Shown here one piece after another: positions 46,709 to 56,030 of a stretch of DNA of 64,000 nt. The notes below the pieces were generated by a model. It worked only from the letters and a program-made list of their open reading frames with translations. It did not search any database and was not told where the DNA came from. This DNA comes from Caldisericia bacterium. GTDB lineage: Bacteria; Caldisericota; Caldisericia; JAAYUI01. The DNA lies in NCBI GenBank assembly GCA_963674785.1, contig OY771555.1, positions 725,845 to 789,844 of the forward strand, read 5' to 3'. Each line of letters begins with the position of its first letter. Position 1 is the first letter of the stretch. A program made the position numbers and the translations under genes.

Positions 46709-49700
46709 ATGAGAAAAGTAATAACTACTCTGCTTAGTTTGGCACTAGTTATGGGGATGCTCGTTAGTATTCCGTTACTAACTCCCAAGGACACAGAAGC
46801 AAAGAATGGTAACCAGCCTGCAACAATGGTTGCAAACAGGTTCCATCGTATCGGTTTTGACCGTTACGGACGTGAGTTGCCAGATGGAAAGCAGGTCCCA
46901 TGGCAGAAGGTAGGAGAAATCTGGTGGGGAAGAGAAGGATTCCCAATGCCATTCGCATTAAGAGCGGTTGACAATCCACCAAACTCCATTCCACTTCCGC
47001 CAGCCACAGCGTCATACGCAACAATCGCAACACCCGCAAGTGGCGACATTAACTCACTTACTGGCAGACTTGATGATGAAGCCTTACCATCATCAATCGC
47101 CCAGATCCAGGACTTCGGTCTCTGGTCAGAAGTGTGGTTAACTGTTGATGTCACAAGTGGTGAAGATGCAGCCAGTGGAAATGGACTTACTACTTATAAA
47201 CATCACTGGTATGTTATCCTCGATGAACACGGACAGCTTTGGTTTGATACCGATGGTCGATTCAACGACTGCCGTTATTATGGGTATGCAGACCCTTATG
47301 ATGTGAATTATCAGCTTGACCCACATGATTACACACATGATAACTGCACAGATAACCCAAGAGCACTTGTCGACCCAATCGTCTCAAACAACACACAGGG
47401 ACCATACATTCTTGACCCAGACTACAATCCATTCTCAAACTCAGCTGCAAATGATCTTGGTTTCCAGTTCTATAGTCTCAGTTATGACCTTGCAAACCAG
47501 GCAGCTCCTGTTTATGAATCAAGGATTTATTTCTGGGATGCTGACAAGACCGGTTACAACACAAAGAGACTCTGGAAACTCGGTTATGCTGATATGACAG
47601 ATTACCTTGCAGAAAGAGCACTTGGACCAGCTGGTGCAGTTTGTTCTGGTATCGTCTACGAAGAAGGTCCAGATCCAGATACCCTCTCAGCACTTCAAGA
47701 AAATCTCTATAAGGGGTATGAAGACTGGGACGTTTCGCTCGGTCTTGAGAGATTCCCAGTAAACCCCAATGGCACCTTCATGGACACAGGCACAGTCCTT
47801 CATGCTGAGAACGTCACAGATGCTGCATCATATCCAGATTCTATGACATCCTTCAACATGCAGACACCTGTTGCATACAACTTTGGTGAGTTTATCTACA
47901 GAAAAGCCGGTGCACAGTCCTATTACCCAATCCCTGCTGATGTTGCAACTGCACCTTGCTCATTTGTAGACGGCGGCGATGTCAGACTCTCAGATGTTGT
48001 TGTCACAAGAAATGGATATATCCAGACTTATCCAGAAGATACAGCAGTATTTGACGCTGGTGTTATAGCTGTTTGGGATCCAGGTGATGACTATGATGTA
48101 GGTACATCACTTTGGACATTTGCAAACCCAGCAACTTCACCAACTTTCACCGAATATGAATACTACCATAACCAGAGAGTTGCCGGTGTTGTTAACCCAA
48201 CCCCTCCAGTTGTAACCTCAAGCTATGACCCAGGTGAATTCATCTACAGAAAAGGCAATGGAAGCAGTGAAAGATTTGTTGAGGCCGGAGACTTCAGACT
48301 TACAAACGTCAGAGGTTGGCAGACAGATGACTTCATGCAGCATGATGCTGACAGACCATACCTTATCTTTGATACTGATGGACTTACACGTGCTGGTATC
48401 ATCGATGGTGACCTTCTTCTTATGGCTGAGGTTATCAATGGTGGTTGCCTTTCACCATATTACAACATCGCAGTTCAGACAGATGCCTGGATTGGATGGC
48501 GTGATAATGGTATGTGGATGCCTGTCGATATTGGCTACACAGCAGCAGGAATCAGATCACAGTTTGATACAACAATCAATCACTATAACAGAGTCCAGAA
48601 GAATGCAATGCTCTCATCAAAGAGCGAAGGCTTCTTTGTACCATCAACAGTTTTCCATGATGTAAAACTTGAAGAGAGACAGTTTACTGGTTGGTCAATC
48701 TGGCTTGATGATGGTGTTGATAACAACATTGGTAGCTATAACTACCAGGCTCTTGCAAATCCAAATATGCCTGTCCGTGATACAATCGCTGCAGCATCAC
48801 TCAACCTTTCAAACGATCTTGAAGACAAGTTCTTTGTTGAGCAGACCGTTGGTGGTGAGTCTCTTGAAAAATGGGACTTCGATTATGGTCGTGGATCAGC
48901 GATGGATGACTTTGGTGAGCTTGTTGCATTTACAGATTCCAAAGTAACAAGTGTGCCAACAGATGTTAACGCAGGTCCTCCATATATGTTCTTTGATGCC
49001 GGTGGCGAAGGAATTTTCGGCTGCAACGAGCATATCTACAGAGATATGGATAGATCCGGCGACATCACAGTTGGCGACCTTAGGCTTACAAATGTCACAA
49101 CTTTCAGAAACCAGGGTACAGGAACAAACTCAGGTGCAATGATTGCTTATCCAGCAGGTTCAAAAGTTGGTGCCGGTGATCTCGATGTTGGTGAGATTCT
49201 CACTGCATTCCCTGCAGTTTCCGCTCCTGAAGTTTTCTGTTTCTATGATGTTGCACATCCAGCATCAGGTATCCCAAGAAACTACGAGTATGACCCAGGC
49301 GAAGACATCTATCTCCAGCCATCAGACGGTGCCGGAAGTTATATAACAGAAGTTGATTATCGTTCAGTTCGTGCAACAGAAGTTGACATCCAGGGAAAAG
49401 TTTATCCTTGTGGTACACCTGTTTCTCTCTCGCAGGCACTTTATGTTGAAAACGAAGTCAACATGATTTCAATGGGACATAACGGTCTTTCTAACTTCAT
49501 GGATATGGAAGTTATCCCTGGAGATATCCAGGTTAAGGTTGAAGTTGACCAGGAATTCATGGTTGAGCAGACCTCACACGTTAAAGTTGAAGTTACACCT
49601 GCCCCAGACGATCCTGATGACAAATATCATGTTCTCCTTGAGAACGTTCCAAGATCGTCATTCAACAATATCGCAGAAACTGTAAGAACAATCGACATGG

Positions 49701-52700
49701 CACATCCAGAAGCTCACTTTGAAATTACACCATACAGAGGCTCATGTGACCTTACAGGTTTCGTGCAAGATAGAAAGATTTATGTCCACGTAATCAAAGA
49801 AGAGAGCGATCTTAACGCATATAGCGGTCTTCTCATGCTTCCACGTGACGGTGAATACTATGATCCGTTCTGGAAGACAGTTTATAGAGACCCAGAACAC
49901 CGTGCCTATGCAAACTATGCAAGATACGTCTTTGATCCTGTGACGGATCCAAGATATGAGCTTTATGGAGTTCACTACAGAGAACTTTCAAACTCATATG
50001 ACTGTTATGGAAAATGGGAATCAACAATCCAGCCAGAAGACCTTGACATTACTGCAAACAGAAAATGTCTCACCGTTCTTGAGCAGAGATTCCCGAACCT
50101 TATTCTCACACTCACAAACCACGATAACGAGAATGACGTAAATGACCCTGCAGGTATCAGGTTTGCAACACAGTCAATCGCTGACAGACCACATCGTGTT
50201 AACTACAACGCACGTGGTGCTGGTGTCAAGTTCCTCTTCACAGCAAACAACATTGATTTCACAAAGAAATACATTGTCCAGGTTAATGATGATGATACAT
50301 TCATCTGCTGGGAGTGGGATGACTATGAACCACTTAACATGCTCTCACCACTCGATGTTCTTATGTTCAGAGACATTACTCCTGATCAGACTTGGGGCAA
50401 CGTGCCTTACTCAGTACCAACATCATTTGGTACAAGCGTAACACCTGACCCACGTTATGGTCGTGGAACTACAGGTCAGGCACCAAGACTTCCAGTTGAT
50501 GCAGAACCAGAATCAGAAGCTGAGAAGTGCTCAGTGACTGATGTTGACTGTTCTGGAAAACAGGCTACATGTGACCTTTGCGGAATCGGTGGCGGAGAAG
50601 TCGAAGACTTTATCCCAACCGGTGCTATCACTCTTAATGACACATATGGCAACAGCTATATTGAGTTCATCATCCAGACCTTCGGTGTCCCAGCAATGGT
50701 TACCGATTATGGATACCTTTCAACAACTGATCCTGGTGGACAAATGGTTTGTGCAGTTCTTCCAAGAAATGCAAAAACACCTCTTCATATCAGAGTTACA
50801 GCAGAACAAACAATCTTCAACTTCAACAGTGTAGACGGACAGCTTTGGCCACCAAATGGACCATCATTCCTCAACGACTACACCGGTGGTGTTGACTATT
50901 GCGGAACCATCAGCTTTGATATCACACCTCCAGATCCATACGTAAACTTTGCTGAGCTTACAATGGTTGACCACGCACTACAGTATTCACAGGCCAACTA
51001 CACAGCTGGTTCAGATTCAGATGGATACCACACAAATCCAACCTCACCTCTTGGAGTACCTGCACCTCAGATTCAGATTCCATACAACCCAATTATCACA
51101 GACCTTACAGAAGAAGTCATCTGTTATCCTGGTGGACAGACACATCCATTTAGACTTGATGGACCAAATTCCAATAGAAGATCTGGTTGGAATGCATATC
51201 CAGCAATCAACAGTGAATATTACAATGGAACAAGCAAATCTCAGTTTGTAAAACTTGGAACAGAGTTCTTCCCACTTACAGACTACGGATTATTCTTCAT
51301 CCTCAAAAACCAGCGTGGTGAGCATCTTTCATTTGCTCCAGTAAGTCACTGGATCCAGGATGAGAATGGTAACTATCCAACAAGATATGACCTTCAGCTT
51401 AAGAGAGTCCTCATTGAAGGACCATTCATGAGACCAAAATTCATGAATGCTGAAGATACAAACTTCCTCCTCAACAACCATTATAACGGCACAGAATATC
51501 TTCCAATCTCATACGACTACAGTGGAAGAATTGAGATTTCAGAAGAAAATGCTGCTTCATTCATCGCAAATTCACTTAGCTATCATGGTGGAGATTTTGC
51601 AAACTGCACACAGCCATATATGACTGATTCTGACCCAGTTAGAAACCAGCTTGTTTATCCAGATGATACAAACATCCCAGAGAACGACTATCTCAGACTT
51701 CTCGATCGCTCACTCGACTACACTGCAAACCACTTTGCAAACATCGGTGGTAGACCAGGTGGTGCAAATGATGTATTTGCAATCGATGAAATCATCCCAA
51801 TCAACTATGGTAACATCTCAATTACCGTTGAGCTTCATGATGGAACAAGAAAGATTTATCAGGATTGCTGTGTCAAGCCTCCAGTAGATGGTATTGACGT
51901 ACATGGTCTTGATATCAAGGGTGCACCATCAGAGATCAAGGTTGACCAGGATAACGTAGTTGAAATTGAACTCTTCGAGTACAACGATATTCAGGTAGTT
52001 AACGAATGTAATAATGCACTTGTATTCTGCTGGCAGGATAGAGGTATCAAGCAGATCGGTGCAGACATGAGATTTGGTATCGGTGATGGTTGGATCACAA
52101 ACCCACCAAGAAACAGCAACAAACAGAATCTTGGTTGGCAGTTCCTTCCTGCAGATGACTTAAACGGTGACAGCAAGATTTCATTCAATGATTTCGAGAC
52201 CGAAATCCTTGGAACATATGATATGGTTACCAACACATGGAGTGCAGGAATTATTGATGCAAGAACCTACCAGAGAAATGATGGTCAGTATAAGTTTGAA
52301 CTCACTCAGGACAACGGCTGTATCGTAGATGAAATCGGATTCGACTTCGGTGGCGGTGATGCATCTGGCGGAAGATTTACATTGCCAGATCATATCATTT
52401 CACAGAATGAAGAGCTTCCAATTTGGATCACAGCTTACAAGTATGGTGACGACAATAACGATAGAAGCTTCCAGCCATACTATGAGATCCCACCAGAATC
52501 ATTCTTCGGAAAAGCTGGCTTCTCACATGAAGTTTATCTTGCAGCGACTGCAGCAATTACAGTTACTGGTGAAGATGACCTTGTTGTTGAAACAATTCCA
52601 ACAGTACTTACTGCTGGTGTAACACCAGAGTATGTTGACCCAGATGAACCATTCACATTCCAGGTTTATCATGAAGATGGTTCAACCCCATTCGACTTTG

Positions 52701-55700
52701 TTGAAGAGGGTGTTCCAGATTACACCGGTGCATACAGAATCACAGATGATGAGTTTATCGCAAACAACATCTTTGTAGACCCAAGACCAGACAACACATA
52801 CTACAACGGTTACGATGCTGAGCTTCCACAGTACTACTGGCTCAGATTTGACCTTCAGAACTATGACCCAACATCACAGGGTCAGGGTTGCGATAACCAT
52901 CATATCTTTGCCTCTGAAATTGAAGCAATCAATTTCATCAAGTATGACTTCACCAAATCTGCAGAAGGTAAGTACTCATTCAGAGACTTTGTCGCAAACG
53001 ATGAGGGTAGCTTCCCAGTTTATATCTACTCACCAGACAGAAAACATTATGCCGTTCATGATGTTAAAGTTAGACCTCCAAAGGTAGTCTATGAGGTAAG
53101 TAACGTCGACGGTGATGGTGCCGAATTTACCGTTCCATCGATTGATGGTGATGCAGACTTCCTTCTTACTGCTGCAAATAACAATATGTATAAAGTAAGA
53201 GTTACATGTAAAACTTGGGATGGCGAAAAACTTCTCAAGGGTACTGCGAAGGGTGTAAGTGTTTGCTCAGGATCAGATCAAGATGTCGCAAGATTCACAC
53301 CAGCATTTACAACCGGTATGTCATTTAACTCATCATATGGTGATCTCTACCTATTTGGAACAAGAGGCGATATTGTTACCTATGATCAACATCCATTAGA
53401 TCTTGATGTTGCCTATAGAGCAAGAGTTAGACCACGTATTGGAATTGATACAAATGGTAATGGTGTTGTTGAGCCTTCAAATAATGAGTTCTTCCAGGCC
53501 GGATCGTTTGAGTATCCATTCTTCAATATCTACAGTTACACATCAGGCTCATATAGCAGATTCTACTTCAGAGAAGTAACTGTAAGTTGGGGTGCAGGCG
53601 GCCTTCCACCAGCTTTCTACTACAACACAACTAACCGTACTGACAAAGATATGTATGATGGAAAATTGAAGTACAGCACAGGTTACTTCTGTGATATCGT
53701 CCCAAGAGATGATTATGAATGGCAGTGGGGACCTGGTGCGATCTATAACAGTTCTCACCATGGTGGATATATCTTTGCTGATTTCAACGATGACGGTAAC
53801 CTCTCTTATGCTGACTCACTCTCACTTGATGATAGAGGACAGACAGAGCTCTATATCACAGCAGGTGATATCCAGAGATTTATCGGACTTGTTGGTGACA
53901 ACCCATGGTCTAACACCAAGTGGGGCGATGTATATGGTGGTAACACACCATACCTTTCAGGAATCACTAACTTCTCTGGTTCAGATCTTACAGTTAACTT
54001 TAAGACTGATTCTTATGCTCCAAGAACAATGAAGAGAAGATATGGATTCAGACCAACAGGTTCTTCAAATCCAAGCGCTTTCGTTCCAGCAAGAGACGGT
54101 GCGTTTGCACTTGACTGGGAAGCATGGCCAGCAAAAGATAACGCTCTTAAGATTGCTGCACCAAAAGTAGAAGTGTTCTCAGCTGAGACACATTCGATAT
54201 TTGGATATGAAATCTTCGACTCAAACAATTTCGATATTGTTTATTCAAAAGATAATCACGTCATGATGATCTTCACTCCTGCAGATAGAAGTAATGGTGG
54301 TTACGGTGGAATCTGTAGAGATGTCCCACTTATGCCTGGCGCAAAAGTAACCATGTCTCCACTTAACAGTGGTGGAGCTGCTCCAAACTACTCCTATGGT
54401 AGAACAGTCAGATTTAATCCAAGTGATGATATCCTTGAGAATTCACCTGACCTCAGCAACAACCATGACAAAGCTACACAGTGCATCTCACTCATCAGAC
54501 CAACAGGTGTTGGAAGAAGTGTACTCTATATGTACTACACCCAGCAGAATAACAGATTCATCTACCCATATGAGTACTTCATTTGGAGTGACCTTGATGG
54601 ATATGCCATCTTCCCAGGATTCGATTCAGTGCGTGGACTTCAGGTTATTGCTGACACTGAGTCACTTCTTACCGCTCAGACAACAGGAACCATCAACGTT
54701 AAGGTTGTTGAGTATGGAACAAACCATCCAGCTGCAGGAGCCGAGCTTACAATCGAGGGCGCCGGTGTTTCTATCCCAGCTAAATATTGTAACGATAAGG
54801 GTGAATCAACTGTGATTGTTACACCAACAGAAACTGGTGTAATCACGATTAAAGCAAGCTTGACAGACCATGTTGACGGAATTGGCAAGATTGTTGTTGG
54901 TGCAGATACTCAGCCTCCAACACTCACAATTGAGAAACCAACAAACTTCGAGACAATCAATGACAAGAAGGTTGAGATTGAAGGAGCAACAAGACCAGGT
55001 TCAACACTTACAATCAATGGAAACAAGGTTGCTGTTGACCTTAATGGTGAATTCAAATACTCCGCAGCTCTTGAAAATGAAGGTTCAAACACACTTGTTA
55101 TTAAGTCTATGACACCATCCGGTGCAACAACAATCAGATACGTCACAGTCGTAAGAGACCTTACTGCTCCACAGCTTCTCATCAATGATGACACACAGAT
55201 TGTTGCTGGCGCAACAACCTATACTCTTACAGGTAAGGTTGAGCCAGGCTCAACAGTCACTGTCAATGGTGAGGAAGCAACAGTAGTCTTTGATGTTTGG
55301 ACAATCAAAGTAAACCTTGTTCCAGGTGAAAACACATTCAGAGTTGAAGCAATGGATCCTGTTGGAAACGTTGAAACAAAAGAACACACAGTAACAAACT
55401 GGAATAAGGTCGAAATCGAGTTTGTTGTCGGAAACACAACAGCATATGTTGATGGACAGCCAAAAAGTATGACAGTTGCCCCAACAACAACCAACGTTTC
55501 ATCAACACTCATGGTTGATGCAAACTTCTTGTTCTCAGTACTTGGAGATTCAGCAAGTATCTCACCAGATGGAAATTCCTTCACAATCAAACTTGGTGAT
55601 TCAACCGCAACATTCACAATCGGTTCAGACATACTTAATGTTGACGGAACTCCAAAGAACCTTGCAGAGGCTGTAACACGTGATCCTGCAACAAACCAGG

Positions 55701-55816
55701 TAATCATTCCTGTTGCAAACATCCTTCAGTATCTCAATGCTGAAACAGATGGAATCCTTGATATTGACTGGAATCCAGCAGCACAGAGAATGACAATTAC
55801 AAGACTCTGGAAATAA
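46709..55816 (+). CDS. giant secreted envelope protein, paralog G4 (3035 aa)
   Basis: SD GAAGGAGAG at 46695-46703 and signal peptide MRKVITTLLSLALVMGMLVSIPLLTPKDTEA. This is the shortest copy and lacks the large inserts. The Ig-like plus stalk C-terminus spans about 54640-55813. Confidence 0.93.
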   Translation: MRKVITTLLSLALVMGMLVSIPLLTPKDTEAKNGNQPATMVANRFHRIGFDRYGRELPDGKQVPWQKVGEIWWGREGFPMPFALRAVDNPPNSIPLPPATASYATIATPASGDINSLTGRLDDEALPSSIAQIQDFGLWSEVWLTVDVTSGEDAASGNGLTTYKHHWYVILDEHGQLWFDTDGRFNDCRYYGYADPYDVNYQLDPHDYTHDNCTDNPRALVDPIVSNNTQGPYILDPDYNPFSNSAANDLGFQFYSLSYDLANQAAPVYESRIYFWDADKTGYNTKRLWKLGYADMTDYLAERALGPAGAVCSGIVYEEGPDPDTLSALQENLYKGYEDWDVSLGLERFPVNPNGTFMDTGTVLHAENVTDAASYPDSMTSFNMQTPVAYNFGEFIYRKAGAQSYYPIPADVATAPCSFVDGGDVRLSDVVVTRNGYIQTYPEDTAVFDAGVIAVWDPGDDYDVGTSLWTFANPATSPTFTEYEYYHNQRVAGVVNPTPPVVTSSYDPGEFIYRKGNGSSERFVEAGDFRLTNVRGWQTDDFMQHDADRPYLIFDTDGLTRAGIIDGDLLLMAEVINGGCLSPYYNIAVQTDAWIGWRDNGMWMPVDIGYTAAGIRSQFDTTINHYNRVQKNAMLSSKSEGFFVPSTVFHDVKLEERQFTGWSIWLDDGVDNNIGSYNYQALANPNMPVRDTIAAASLNLSNDLEDKFFVEQTVGGESLEKWDFDYGRGSAMDDFGELVAFTDSKVTSVPTDVNAGPPYMFFDAGGEGIFGCNEHIYRDMDRSGDITVGDLRLTNVTTFRNQGTGTNSGAMIAYPAGSKVGAGDLDVGEILTAFPAVSAPEVFCFYDVAHPASGIPRNYEYDPGEDIYLQPSDGAGSYITEVDYRSVRATEVDIQGKVYPCGTPVSLSQALYVENEVNMISMGHNGLSNFMDMEVIPGDIQVKVEVDQEFMVEQTSHVKVEVTPAPDDPDDKYHVLLENVPRSSFNNIAETVRTIDMAHPEAHFEITPYRGSCDLTGFVQDRKIYVHVIKEESDLNAYSGLLMLPRDGEYYDPFWKTVYRDPEHRAYANYARYVFDPVTDPRYELYGVHYRELSNSYDCYGKWESTIQPEDLDITANRKCLTVLEQRFPNLILTLTNHDNENDVNDPAGIRFATQSIADRPHRVNYNARGAGVKFLFTANNIDFTKKYIVQVNDDDTFICWEWDDYEPLNMLSPLDVLMFRDITPDQTWGNVPYSVPTSFGTSVTPDPRYGRGTTGQAPRLPVDAEPESEAEKCSVTDVDCSGKQATCDLCGIGGGEVEDFIPTGAITLNDTYGNSYIEFIIQTFGVPAMVTDYGYLSTTDPGGQMVCAVLPRNAKTPLHIRVTAEQTIFNFNSVDGQLWPPNGPSFLNDYTGGVDYCGTISFDITPPDPYVNFAELTMVDHALQYSQANYTAGSDSDGYHTNPTSPLGVPAPQIQIPYNPIITDLTEEVICYPGGQTHPFRLDGPNSNRRSGWNAYPAINSEYYNGTSKSQFVKLGTEFFPLTDYGLFFILKNQRGEHLSFAPVSHWIQDENGNYPTRYDLQLKRVLIEGPFMRPKFMNAEDTNFLLNNHYNGTEYLPISYDYSGRIEISEENAASFIANSLSYHGGDFANCTQPYMTDSDPVRNQLVYPDDTNIPENDYLRLLDRSLDYTANHFANIGGRPGGANDVFAIDEIIPINYGNISITVELHDGTRKIYQDCCVKPPVDGIDVHGLDIKGAPSEIKVDQDNVVEIELFEYNDIQVVNECNNALVFCWQDRGIKQIGADMRFGIGDGWITNPPRNSNKQNLGWQFLPADDLNGDSKISFNDFETEILGTYDMVTNTWSAGIIDARTYQRNDGQYKFELTQDNGCIVDEIGFDFGGGDASGGRFTLPDHIISQNEELPIWITAYKYGDDNNDRSFQPYYEIPPESFFGKAGFSHEVYLAATAAITVTGEDDLVVETIPTVLTAGVTPEYVDPDEPFTFQVYHEDGSTPFDFVEEGVPDYTGAYRITDDEFIANNIFVDPRPDNTYYNGYDAELPQYYWLRFDLQNYDPTSQGQGCDNHHIFASEIEAINFIKYDFTKSAEGKYSFRDFVANDEGSFPVYIYSPDRKHYAVHDVKVRPPKVVYEVSNVDGDGAEFTVPSIDGDADFLLTAANNNMYKVRVTCKTWDGEKLLKGTAKGVSVCSGSDQDVARFTPAFTTGMSFNSSYGDLYLFGTRGDIVTYDQHPLDLDVAYRARVRPRIGIDTNGNGVVEPSNNEFFQAGSFEYPFFNIYSYTSGSYSRFYFREVTVSWGAGGLPPAFYYNTTNRTDKDMYDGKLKYSTGYFCDIVPRDDYEWQWGPGAIYNSSHHGGYIFADFNDDGNLSYADSLSLDDRGQTELYITAGDIQRFIGLVGDNPWSNTKWGDVYGGNTPYLSGITNFSGSDLTVNFKTDSYAPRTMKRRYGFRPTGSSNPSAFVPARDGAFALDWEAWPAKDNALKIAAPKVEVFSAETHSIFGYEIFDSNNFDIVYSKDNHVMMIFTPADRSNGGYGGICRDVPLMPGAKVTMSPLNSGGAAPNYSYGRTVRFNPSDDILENSPDLSNNHDKATQCISLIRPTGVGRSVLYMYYTQQNNRFIYPYEYFIWSDLDGYAIFPGFDSVRGLQVIADTESLLTAQTTGTINVKVVEYGTNHPAAGAELTIEGAGVSIPAKYCNDKGESTVIVTPTETGVITIKASLTDHVDGIGKIVVGADTQPPTLTIEKPTNFETINDKKVEIEGATRPGSTLTINGNKVAVDLNGEFKYSAALENEGSNTLVIKSMTPSGATTIRYVTVVRDLTAPQLLINDDTQIVAGATTYTLTGKVEPGSTVTVNGEEATVVFDVWTIKVNLVPGENTFRVEAMDPVGNVETKEHTVTNWNKVEIEFVVGNTTAYVDGQPKSMTVAPTTTNVSSTLMVDANFLFSVLGDSASISPDGNSFTIKLGDSTATFTIGSDILNVDGTPKNLAEAVTRDPATNQVIIPVANILQYLNAETDGILDIDWNPAAQRMTITRLWK

Positions 55817-55850
55817 TCTTCCAACCTTGTAAGAATTACTCTTGAACTAA

Positions 55851-55884
55851 AAAAGCCCCGGAGAAATCCGGGGCTTTTTCTTTT
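55851..55884 (+). terminator. intrinsic terminator after G4
   Basis: aaaaaGCCCCGGagaaatCCGGGGCtttttctttt: a 7-bp GC stem (55855-55861 with 55868-55874) plus a T-run. Confidence 0.8.
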
Positions 55885-56030
55885 GGATTTCACAAAACGT
55901 CCTCCGTTTGCTTTTAACTATAAATTAATCATATCCCCCTAAATATTGCAGAATTCTCATTTAAAATTTTAGAACCAGGTTGGGTTGTTTTTCGTTTCTG
56001 TTTATAGAAGAAAAAAATAAGGGGGTGTAT

